From assembly GCA_001275005.1 (NCBI GenBank), contig JWZX01003377.1:1-64000 (forward strand): a stretch of DNA of 64,000 nucleotides, written 5' to 3'. The position numbers were made by a program, and so were the translations under genes. Every line of letters starts with the position of its first letter. Position 1 is the stretch's first letter. A model generated the notes under the pieces. It did no database searches. It was not told the DNA's origin and saw only the letters and a program-made list of their open reading frames with translations. Positions 30,640-40,644 of the stretch are shown one piece after another. Origin of the DNA: Chrysochromulina tobinii. Lineage: Eukaryota.

Positions 30640-32800
30640 ATGCCGTCCGTGGAGGAGCTTGAGAAGGAGGTTGACCGGTGAGCCCATGCCCACGCACCAT
30701 CTCGCGTGTCTTTCTGGATGTGCTTGCGCTTCACACTGACTCATGTGGAACGCTTCCCGATGATGCGCGCGCAGGCTCCACGACCTGGCTGAAAGCAAGG
30801 GCATCAACTCCCGCGGCACCAAAGACATCTTTGGGTGAGTCATCAACGCTAGCAAACGCGACCTCCACGACCTCCGCGAACTCCGCGAACTCCACGAGCG
30901 CGCGCGTCGCCACCTGCCCCTCCACGCGCATCGTCCAAAATCCCTCGAGTACCCCCCTACCGCCTCACCCAACTCATTCAAATTCCGTGCCGCGTGTGCT
31001 CCCTCGCCTGTCGTGTTCGTGCGCGCAGCAATGTCTTCCCGTACCCCGTCAACGCCGAGCACAAGTCCAAGGTCTTCACCACGGTCATCTGGACGTGCAA
31101 GCAGCCTCACATGCGCACCTTCTGGGCCGCGTCCTGCGGCTTCTTCGCCACCTTCTTCTCGTGCTTCGCGCCGGCGGCGATCGGCTCGTACATCAAGCGC
31201 CCAGCGCCCGAAGGCCTCGACCTCACGGCCGAGGAGCTCGTGCTCGGTGGCAACCTGGCCGTCACCGGCTGCATCCTGATGCGCTTGGTCGCCGGCGTGA
31301 TGTGTGACCGAATGGGTGCTCGAAAGACCTTTGCTATCTTCTTGGCCGTCGGCTGCCCGGGCATGATCCTCATGATGTGTGCAACGACCCCGGGGCATTT
31401 CATCGGCGCACGCCTCCTCATCGGCCTCTCGCTCGCGACCTTCGTGCCCTGTCAAGTGTGGGTCACCCAGTTCTTTGACAAGAAAGTGGTCGGCGGCGCC
31501 ACCTCCACCGCCGCCGGCTGGGGCAACGCGGGCGGTGGCTTCACGCTGCTCATCATGGGCCAGCTCATGCTCTTCCTCCGCGACAGCACGGGCGACATCA
31601 GCCTCTCGTGGCGCGTCTGCTTCATCCTCCCCCTCGTCATGCATATTCTCTCGATTATCTTCATCATGTGTTGCCGCGACCTTCCGGACGGCTCATACAA
31701 GGACCTAGAGACCTCGGGCGCGAAGCAAAAGGCCAAGGGCAAGTTAGGTGGCGACGTGGCCATCATCGGCTTCACCAACGTGAACGCGTGGATCATGTGC
31801 ATGACCTACGGCCTGTGCTTCGGCATCGAGCTCACCATGAACAACCGCCTGACCGACTACTTTGAGAACTACTTTGGTCTCCCGAACGAGCAGGCCGGCC
31901 CGCTCGGCGCCACCTTCTCGCTCATGAACCTCTTCGCGCGCTCGTGGGGCGGCCTCCTGTCCGACTGGTGTGCGGCTCGCTGGGGCCTGCGTGGCCGCCT
32001 CTGGGCCATGTGGATCATGCAGGTCTGCGAGGGCCTTATGTGCATCGCCACGGGCGCCGTCACCATGAATTACGATGGACCGCACATGCCCAAATACAAC
32101 CCCATCAAAGACGGACTCCCAACTTCGGTTGGGAAGATCGTCAACGGGACCTGGGACGCGCCGGACTGGGCGGGCTACTCGACCACCTTCACCTTTGCGA
32201 ACCGCAAGGTGGCGCCCTGCGACTCTGACTTGGTCAAGTCGCCCTCGCACGGCTGGGTCGGCGACGTGTGGACGCCGATGCCCATCCCGGTCAACACGTT
32301 CATCACCGTCCGCGACCCGGCGATGAACTGCATCCACTCGCACAAGGACGAGCTCCTCGGGGCAACGCTCGCGTGCGTGATTATCTTCTCCATCTTTGTG
32401 CAAATGGCAGAGGGCCTGCACTACGGCGTCGTGCCGTACATCTCCGCGCCCAGCGCTTGGCGTCGTCTCGGGCATCATCGGCGCCGGTGGCAACGTCGGC
32501 GCGGTCTACTCGGGGCTGGCCATCATCCCGGCCAAGACGCGTTACGACGAGGGCTTCATCCGGCTCGGATGGATTGTCATCGTCACATCTGTCTCCATGT
32601 TCTTCCTCTATTTCCCCGAAGAGGGCGGCATGGTCCTCCCCAAGGGGCTCCCTTACGATCCCCAGCTCGTCAAGCCCAAAGCGGGCGCCAAGGGTTCTGA
32701 CGAGCTCGACTTCAATGCCCCGAAGGAGGGGACGACCAAGGTGGTGACCGTCACTATTGAGGGAGTACCAACAAGCACGAGGACGGCTTCGACGGCTTGA
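30640..32800 (+). CDS. NRT2: High-affinity nitrate transporter (MFS NNP family), exons 30640-30677, 30775-30834, 31029-32800, apparent +1 frameshift at ~32446
   Basis: FPYPVNAEHKSKVF, PHMRTF, nitrate signature AAGWGNAGGG, YGLCFGIELT, MNLFARSWGG, and (after the shift) RPALGVVSGIIGAGGNVG. Two in-frame GT-AG introns. Confidence 0.93.
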
Positions 32801-33693
32801 TCACGTTTGCAATACAATCTGAACGGCGCACAAGGCGCCTACGCATATCTCGCGCGGATGGCGCAGTAAAGATGGCGCAGTGAGGGGGTACTCTGGCCAA
32901 ATGACTCTGGCATGAAGCGCATATGGGCGCGTGAGGAACATATGGAATCCGAGATGCACATGGTCGGAAGAAGTGACCTGCGGGATGGGAATTATGACGG
33001 CACCCGGCGTCTTCACACGGCTTATGTCTTCGATAGGGTCCCAGAAGGCAGGCGGCTCGGGCAGTGCAACGTGAAGAGTAGATGGGCGGGGTGACTGAGA
33101 AACCTCTGCTCTCTCAGCTGCTCAGCCGACTGCCCGGGGGGGGGGGGGTCGGGGTCTCGGGGACCGCCTACGTGAAGGCCTTTGAGCTATGTCGAGCGCG
33201 CTCAAGAAGGCGACCCGTGGCCCCGCGCGGCCGGCGGCACGGCCGACCGGGGGCGCCGCACCGTGCCTCCGTCGGGCGGCGAGCCGGGAGACGGCCGGGC
33301 TAGGAGACCGGGCGGCCGCCGGGACGCGGGACTCGACCGGGACCGCCCCATTGTAAATTAAATTGTGTTCTTTGTTCGAGGTGACCACTTAACGACGTGC
33401 CAGATTATCGCACCCATCCCCGATAGTTCAGTAGATACCGTGGAGCTTGGATCGCTAGTGTGGACCGCTCAACCGGCCTCCTTAAGCGCGTTCCTCGCGC
33501 TCGCCGGGACGCCGCTTACGCCACACGCGGCAGAGCGTGCGCGCGCGCCTGACACCTCGCCGGCCCCGCCGCTCATACAACGCGGCTATATGTCAACATG
33601 CGGATGCGCTTGCTGTGTTGCTGCTCATGTTGATGCGGCAGCGGGCGTGTGGGTGTGCGGTCACTGCGGATCGTCTGGCACAACGCCCTTCGG

Positions 33694-35330
33694 TCACTGC
33701 AGATCGTCTGGTACGATGCCCTTGACGTGATCGTCGGTCACGTCATGGCCTGCGGCCCCGGCCGCGCCCGCCGCGCCGTGGAACATCTTCTTCTTCCACT
33801 CATTGATGTCGAAGTAGATGTACTGGCCCCTTTGGGTCTCGTCTGCGCCCTGGCGGCTCGCCTTGGTGAACCAGAGCTTGAGGTCCTTGTGGTAACGCCA
33901 GCCGCGGTTGTACAGTTCGGTGGCCGCGTACGCCTGGAGTGTATCGCGCGGCATGTTGTAGAAGATGTAGAAGAGCGTCTCGAGCTGGAACTTGGAGAAG
34001 TGCCCTGTCTTGAGCGCTGGCGGCTGCATGTAGTAGCACTGCGGGAGCGAGTACTCGGGGTCGCGCTGTGCCGGGCTGTCGGCCCATGGCGAGGCGAAGG
34101 TGGCGTAGAGGCACTCTGATGAGTTGAGGTTGAGGCCGAGGGTGGTGAGGTCGGTGCCGAGCGCGAGCGTGTTCAGGTCCTGGTCCGTCATGCGTACCAC
34201 GGATAGCAACCCCATCAGTCCGTACCGATCCGTGCCGCCGCGCGCGCCCAGGTCGGACGACAACGACGGCAAGGAACGCTGCACCCCCCCACCGCCACCG
34301 AGCGCGGCCGGGGCGAAGCCGAAGCCGCCGCCCACGGGGCCGCCGAGCCCGCCGCCGCCATCGCTGCTCGCGGGCGCTGCGCCCGGCAGCGCCGGAAAGT
34401 CCTCGCTCTGGATGGCGAATTCAGAGGCAGAGGGCGGCGGTGCCACGCCGATTGCGGCCTGCATGCTCGGCACGCCACCGACCTGCTGCGCACGGAACTG
34501 CTGCATGCTCGCACTTGTGGTGGCGGACGAGCGCGGCCCGAGTGAAGGGAAGTCGCTGATGTCGAACGAGGGTGACGCGCGCACGCCGCCCATCGCAGCA
34601 CCGCCGAGGTCACCTGCGCCCATCCCCGCGCCCATCCCCAGCCCCCCGAGGCCGGGCTGCAGCCCCGGCTGGTGGAGGCCCGAGAGCGTGGAGGACATGC
34701 CGAGCGGTTGGTGGGGCGGGAGCCCAAGGCTTTGCGCCTTGTTGATCATCGCCAGGATCTCGCCCGACGGGTTGTAGCTCGTCTGCGCCGGCTGCATCGC
34801 ACCGAAGCTGTTGTTGCCGAGGCGCGAGCCACCGAGGCCACCCGTCTGCGGCGACGCGCCGCCGCTAAGGCTGAGGCCCGAGGTGGGCGTGGGCACGCTG
34901 CCCAGCCCGGACATACTGCGCGAGCCGACGCCCATGCTGCCCAAGCCGCTCAAGCTGCTGCCACCACCGCTGCTGCCAAAGCTGTTGTTGCCCATGCGGA
35001 AGGTGCTGGATGCCGCGCTGGGCATGCCGCCGAAACCCATTGACGACTGCATCTGCGCGCGAACGAGTGCGGCGACAGCAGAGGGCCGTAAGCGATGTGC
35101 GCCCGGCCAGGCGCGCTCGGCGCGCAGGCGGCAGAGCACCGCAGGGCAACAAATCGGGGCAGAATGGCTTATTGTTCGTCAGCAGGCAGCAGGAACGCTG
35201 TCGAGCTGGGCGCAGCGCGTGCCTGCTGCTGCTGTTGCGCCTGCTGCTGCTGAAGCTGCAACAACTGCTGCGCGTGCTGGACCTGCTGGACCTGTTGGTA
35301 TAGTTGCTGCTGCTGCTGCTGGTCGTACAT
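33694..35330 (-). CDS. NOT2: CCR4-NOT complex subunit NOT2; exons 35330-35223 and 35052-33694 (GC-AG intron)
   Basis: NOT box DRYGLMGLL...LALGTDLTTLGLNLNS...FQLETLFYIFYNMPRD...RGWRYHKDLKLWF, plus FxxSEDFPALPG. A polyQ first exon joins in frame through a GC donor. Confidence 0.9.
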
Positions 35331-35477
35331 GGCGGAGACGAGTTTGCCTCCGCGGATGTAAGTTTGCCGCCGTTTCGGGCACTTCCCACAAAGGAACACC
35401 CCGAAGAAGAAGAAGAAGAATGCCTCCGGGAATCCCTACGTTTCGATCTCTAGATTCCTCATGAGTTTTGAGGCACG

Positions 35478-36047
35478 ATGACCGACGGCGCGAATGGCAA
35501 CCTCACCGTCGAGAAGCTTCGGCGTCTGCGCGAGCAGCAGGTCGCCGGCGTGCGTCGCTACGACCTCGCGCTTGACCACTCGCCCGTCGACGAGGAGACG
35601 AGCTCCAATGCGGGTGGGCAGCTCGTGCAGGACTTCCGGGAGCGCCTGTCCGTGCGCGAGCGGCTTGTCTTGGGCGCGTGCTGCACCTTATGGATCGGCT
35701 GCATCGTCATCGGGACTGCCCTCGCTCCACCGCCCCAAATCCATGGTGTTAACCATGCTCGTGGTAACCTTGCGGCAAGGTTCCGACCGCCTCCGCCGCC
35801 GCCACCGCTGACGCGAAACGATACACCGCGCGCATTATGGAGCTCACTCAGCAGCGGCTCCCGGCTGTCCGCCGTCGAGTTGAATCACCGATGGGCCAAC
35901 GGGACGGCCCCATCCGTGCCGCAAGAAGTACGCAGTGCGGTGGTGGCGAGCGACGATGTACCGCTGGTGCTTGCGTGGTGGATGTCACAGGCCCCAGCTG
36001 GCGGGCACCTTCCAGGAGCAGCAGCAGGAGCGGCAGCAGTACCGTAG
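35478..36047 (+). CDS. Hypothetical 189-aa single-pass membrane protein
   Basis: ATG ORF with one TM-like segment and a Pro-rich stem. No recognised domain. Confidence 0.45.
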   Translation: MTDGANGNLTVEKLRRLREQQVAGVRRYDLALDHSPVDEETSSNAGGQLVQDFRERLSVRERLVLGACCTLWIGCIVIGTALAPPPQIHGVNHARGNLAARFRPPPPPPPLTRNDTPRALWSSLSSGSRLSAVELNHRWANGTAPSVPQEVRSAVVASDDVPLVLAWWMSQAPAGGHLPGAAAGAAAVP

Positions 36048-36299
36048 AGGCAGCTGCGCCTGCGTGTATGTGGCAGCTGCTAGAGTACTGATGATGCATG
36101 GGCAGCTCCACTGGTTTACGTCAATGTGTGCATGCACAGGAAGGCAAGGCAAGGCAACGCAAGTGCTATACGTTGAACGTTCGTAGAGTTCAGAGTGTCA
36201 CCTATGAATAGGTACGTAAAGCTGAACTCAGCCGATTTTTACGGTAGTGGGGACGTGTGACGGTGTGAGGAGCGAGGGGAACGCGAGTTTTTTTTTGAC

Positions 36300-37376
36300 A
36301 TGCCTAACGTGTGCGTCAATTGCATGCGTCAATCAGCCCACATTTTCAATTCAATGGTGGCGTGTCCTGGGGGCGCCGTCGCGTCGGCCGTGGTGACGCT
36401 CTCGATTGGAAGCCGCCCGTTTGTCGGAATCACCCTTCCATTCATGAAGGCATACGCCGAACGCATTGGTGCCGCTTTCCACGTCGTCAATCAGCGTGAG
36501 CACGAGGCACTGCAGACCGCTGGTACGGCCTACTCCAGCAGCACGTCGTCTGCTGCGTCACGCTTTCTCAAGCTGCCGCTGCTCGAGTACTTTTTGAAGC
36601 GTTACGAGCGCATCCTCTTCCTCGACGACGACATTCTTGTGAGCGCGAACATGCCAGACCTTTTCGCGGCAGTGCCGTGCGACGCCATAGGCGCGACCGT
36701 TGAGCGGCACAAGCCGGTCGGCTGGCACGCGACACAGTGGACATCAGCGTGCGATCTGTATGGCATGAATCATGCCTGTGAGCCAAAGCGCTGGCAAATC
36801 TGGAACTCGGGCGTCATGTTGCTCTCACGCGCCGTGCACGCACCGCTGCTTGCTGCTGGCTGGAAGCGCGACGCACATCGTCTGAGCTGCCGCGTGCTCT
36901 GCGACCAGCTCTATCTCAACGCACTCTTCAAACGTGCTGGCGCACGCGTGTGCGATCTGGGTGCCGCATTCAATTTTGTTGGAAGCGAGCTGCGCCGGGC
37001 GCTCGTCGTTGGCGGCGGCTCCGAGGCTGCAGGCGTGGCCATCGGTCGCAGGCGCGCCGCAGTCTCGGCTGCATGCATGCTGCATCTGACGCGCAAGGTG
37101 CCCAAGCTGTACACGGCTGACTGGGTTGCCCGCCGCTCGCTCTCGCGTTCCGCCGACGTGCTGCAGTGCGACGCGAATGCGAGCCACGCACGAAGGAGCA
37201 CGCACGAGACAGCAGGACGACAGCGGCGCGCTCTGCTCACCTCGCTGCCCAAGCCAATGCCTGCTGGCAAGTACGACATCGGCACGGTTCTGTGCCAGGG
37301 GCAGCCCTCGACGTGCCGGCTGCAGCCCTGGGTGACCGAGAACGGCAAGGTGAGCCCGCCGTTCGATCGTCGTTGA
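36300..37376 (+). CDS. GT-A fold glycosyltransferase (GT8/GT34-like)
   Basis: KLPLL...YERILFLDDDILV (DxD), WNSGVMLL, CDQLYLN. The start may be ATG 36354. Confidence 0.75.
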   Translation: MPNVCVNCMRQSAHIFNSMVACPGGAVASAVVTLSIGSRPFVGITLPFMKAYAERIGAAFHVVNQREHEALQTAGTAYSSSTSSAASRFLKLPLLEYFLKRYERILFLDDDILVSANMPDLFAAVPCDAIGATVERHKPVGWHATQWTSACDLYGMNHACEPKRWQIWNSGVMLLSRAVHAPLLAAGWKRDAHRLSCRVLCDQLYLNALFKRAGARVCDLGAAFNFVGSELRRALVVGGGSEAAGVAIGRRRAAVSAACMLHLTRKVPKLYTADWVARRSLSRSADVLQCDANASHARRSTHETAGRQRRALLTSLPKPMPAGKYDIGTVLCQGQPSTCRLQPWVTENGKVSPPFDRR

Positions 37377-37773
37377 TGACCCTCCGGCGCCTATACCTCA
37401 AAACGATCAACGCGCGCGCGCGGCGTCGACGGGACGCGACGCGAGGACCCCGGACCCCGCAGGCACGCGCGAAGATCAAGATCATGCCCCCGCACGTAGC
37501 TGCGCGTCGGTGTGTCGGTAAGAAACGTATAAGAAACGTTGGTACGTTGCGTGCACGATGCGGCGTGTGAATGGAACAATTTGTGGAATGGAACCGAACC
37601 GGGGGCATTAAAGCGGTTCCACCGTCCTCATAAAAAAATTCCTCTCCGGACCGCGTGCAAATGTCTAACGTCGGCGCGTCGAAGGCGCGAGATGAACAAA
37701 GAACACGCCGAACCGTTGTCGCAGCTACTCGCGACGCATTGCGGTCGACACGGTAGTCGCTAGTCGGTCGGTT

Positions 37774-38457
37774 TTATTGCGCATGCTCTTGCACCAAGAT
37801 GTGCAGCATGTCTCTCGTGATCGGCGATCGATCAAGCGGGCAGGCGCCTCTGGCATCGAGCTCGCGCGAGATGCAGCCGAAGCAAAACTCGTGACCGCAG
37901 CCGCGCACGCGAGTGCGCCTCCACATTGGCTGTGCGGCACAGATGCAGCAGCTCTCGCCCTCGTCGACACAATCGACCGGCTGCTCAGGGGCGGTGCGTC
38001 CATTGTATGGAAGCTCGGACCAGCGCATGCCGCGTGGCATTCCCGTGGTTCCACGATCAAAGAGCCAGTAGTGCCCATTGTTGGGCGCCATCGCACACAG
38101 TTGGCAAGGCCGGAGCACGTGGTAGCCGACTGCGCCGCCACAGTTGCGACAGTGAACGTTTATGGCAAAGCAGTTGCACGTTGGAAGGGGTGTTTGCTGG
38201 GTGCTCTCGCTCAGCGCCTCTGTGGGAATGTCCGTTGAGAACAGCGACGAGCTTGGGTCAGCCACGAGCACGACCTTGACGCCGCGCTCTGAGAGAGTCG
38301 TGCCGCATTCGGAGCAAGCGAGCGAGATGACAGCGGGATCCTCGTCGCTCTCCTCATCGTCGCTTTCCTCATCGTCAACACTGCTCGAAATGTTGTCGTC
38401 TTCACCAACTGATCGGGCGCGTTCGGCCGCCGAGACGACGAACTCGTCGAGTGGCAT
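37774..38457 (-). CDS. FAM72-like zinc-binding domain fused to a C3HC4 RING finger
   Basis: LACSECGTTLSERGVKVVLVAD...LFSTDIP...CNC...CRNCGGAVGYHVLRPCQLC...NNGHYWLF (FAM72 signature), then CCIC...CGHEFCFGCI...CPLDR. The 5' end is uncertain. Confidence 0.8.
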   Translation of the reverse strand: MPLDEFVVSAAERARSVGEDDNISSSVDDEESDDEESDEDPAVISLACSECGTTLSERGVKVVLVADPSSSLFSTDIPTEALSESTQQTPLPTCNCFAINVHCRNCGGAVGYHVLRPCQLCAMAPNNGHYWLFDRGTTGMPRGMRWSELPYNGRTAPEQPVDCVDEGESCCICAAQPMWRRTRVRGCGHEFCFGCISRELDARGACPLDRSPITRDMLHILVQEHAQ

Positions 38458-38605
38458 ATGTTCACGCACCTGGAGGGCAAACGGGAGCGGTCTCTTGTGA
38501 GCAAGTCAAGTTGACTTGTGAGCTGCGACCGCTCTGGGGTGAGGATCGTCTCTTTTCGGCGATTCCCCCCGTAAAATCCATTCACAGTTCAAGAAAACCC
38601 GATGT

Positions 38606-40372
38606 ATGCGAGCACTCTTATTGACGCTCGTCCTGACCTTCGTCGCCGTCGCAGCGACGAATCAATCCACCCTTGGTGACGTCAATGGCGATGGGCAGGA
38701 TGAGGTCTCCGAGGAGGAAGAGGTCAAACTTGGCGAGCACCTCATCATTGTTTCCTACAGCCTCGTCGGCCTAATCGGTATCGCCATCTGGGCAGAGCGC
38801 CGGCACATCCCCTCTTCGGTCGCGGCCATCGTTGTCGGCAGCACGCTCGGGCTCGTGATGCGTCTCGCGGGCGAGAATAGCGCACCGAAGACGAGCGCAA
38901 TCCACCTCCTTGAGTACTTCAACGAGGAGTTTTTTCTCTATTTTCTGCTGCCGCCCATCATCTTCGAGGCGGGTTTCTCGCTGTCGCGCCACCACTTTTT
39001 CCACAACCTGGCCACCATCCTTATCTTTGCCGTGGTCGGCACGATCCTGACCATGCTGCTCATCGGCTGCGCCGCGCAGGCCGCCGGCGCCGCTGGATGG
39101 TTCCGATCGGGCACAGCCGATGCGCTCGATTTTTCCAACCCGAAGGACGCGTTCCTCTTCGGAGCTCTCATCTCCGCGACCGACCCGGTCGCCACGCTCT
39201 CGATCATGGGCGCCTTCAACGTGGAACCGCTCATGTACACGCTGGTCGCGGGCGAGAGCGTGCTCAACGACGCGGTGGCGATCGTGCTCGTGCGCATCTT
39301 GGACGAGCTGGGTCCCGAGGCGTTCTCGAGCCCTTCCGCGCTCCTCGTCGGGCTGTACATGTTTGTGGTCGTCTCACTCGGCTCGCTGCTGACGGGCATC
39401 ACCATCGCCGCGAGCTCAGCGCTGCTGCTCAAGCGCGTCGACCTCTCGCACCACGCGAGCCTCGAGCTCGCACTGCTGCTGCTCATCGGATACGCGGCGT
39501 ATCCAACGGCCGAGGCGCTACACTGCTCGGGCATCCTCGCCCTATTTGCATGTGCCGTCTTCATGGGCCAATATCACGTGCACACGCTCTCGGCCGAGAC
39601 GGCCGCCGCTGTCGGGCTCGTGCTCAAGGCCCTCGCACACCTGGCCGAAACGTTCGTGTTCATGTACATGGGTTTGGACCTCGTGGCAAAACGCGGCGCT
39701 GTGGACGACCTCTTCGACGAAGACCATGGGCTCGCGGGAGTGGACGAGAGTCGCTCGACGCGCCACTTCGTGGCCTTTGCGGTCGTGGTCGTGCCAGCCG
39801 CGCGCGCCGTGGTCGTGCCGCCGCTCGTATGCTTCGCTAACTTGTGGCGCGGGCGCAAGCGCAGCCTCAGCCTGAACGAAACGATCTTCCTTGTTTTCGC
39901 TGGCCTCCGTGGTGCCATCGCCTTTGCGCTCGCACGCAACGCCGCCTCTGCGCACGGGCGCACGCTCATCGCCGCGACGACCGCCGTCATCGTCTTCACG
40001 ACCTTCGTCCTCGGCGGTCTCACACGCCCCATGCTCGGCTGGCTCGGCATGATCTCGCCCGAACCTCGCGACGGCGAGGAGGCGAGCGGAGCCAACTCTG
40101 AGCGGCGCACCCGGCGCGACGATGGCGGCGAGTTCGGGCGCCGGTGGGAGCGACTGGACGCGAGGGTCTTCCAGCCGCTTTTTGGTGCGCCCGCGGGGGC
40201 GCTGCAACGGCTCCACAAACTGCCGATGGAGATGCAGCCAGGCCTGCGACGTGCGGCCGATGGCGCCATTTTGCCACCCCGCAACGATGGCGACGAGCGA
40301 GAGATGAGGATCGAGCTCGAGCCGCTCTCGGCGCATGGGCCCGACGGCGAAGAAGCAACGGAGAGAACATAA
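38606..40372 (+). CDS. Na+/H+ exchanger (CPA1, NHX/NHE family)
   Basis: FFLYFLLPPIIFEAG, FGALISATDPV, GESVLNDAVAIVL, AGLRGAIAFALA, and multiple TM segments. Confidence 0.93.
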   Translation: MRALLLTLVLTFVAVAATNQSTLGDVNGDGQDEVSEEEEVKLGEHLIIVSYSLVGLIGIAIWAERRHIPSSVAAIVVGSTLGLVMRLAGENSAPKTSAIHLLEYFNEEFFLYFLLPPIIFEAGFSLSRHHFFHNLATILIFAVVGTILTMLLIGCAAQAAGAAGWFRSGTADALDFSNPKDAFLFGALISATDPVATLSIMGAFNVEPLMYTLVAGESVLNDAVAIVLVRILDELGPEAFSSPSALLVGLYMFVVVSLGSLLTGITIAASSALLLKRVDLSHHASLELALLLLIGYAAYPTAEALHCSGILALFACAVFMGQYHVHTLSAETAAAVGLVLKALAHLAETFVFMYMGLDLVAKRGAVDDLFDEDHGLAGVDESRSTRHFVAFAVVVVPAARAVVVPPLVCFANLWRGRKRSLSLNETIFLVFAGLRGAIAFALARNAASAHGRTLIAATTAVIVFTTFVLGGLTRPMLGWLGMISPEPRDGEEASGANSERRTRRDDGGEFGRRWERLDARVFQPLFGAPAGALQRLHKLPMEMQPGLRRAADGAILPPRNDGDEREMRIELEPLSAHGPDGEEATERT

Positions 40373-40644
40373 AATCGTGGTTCACCAGGGAATAGGCAAC
40401 TTTAATGCACAAATCGCGTGGCGGAGGCCGGGCCGTGGTGGGCTGCCTCGAGGACCCGACACTGCGAAACGGGATCCGTGGCGAGCTCCGCGCGCGTGAC
40501 ATGCGACCGTCATACGCCCGGATCGGCATGCGATAAAAAGCTTTTAGTACGTCGTTTAACGGCGAGGCTTCCCCTCCTATATTCATAAATATTCAGAGCA
40601 GTTGTACAACTTGCATCTTCTTGCATCGCCGCTAACGTTCGCGA

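Noticed and set aside
33120..33365. G-run and very GC-rich intergenic patch as a possible element or G-quadruplex
   Set aside because: Single occurrence with no defined boundaries.
35478..37376. 189-aa TM ORF as first exon of the downstream glycosyltransferase
   Set aside because: The topology is plausible, but I could not identify a convincing in-frame splice pair.
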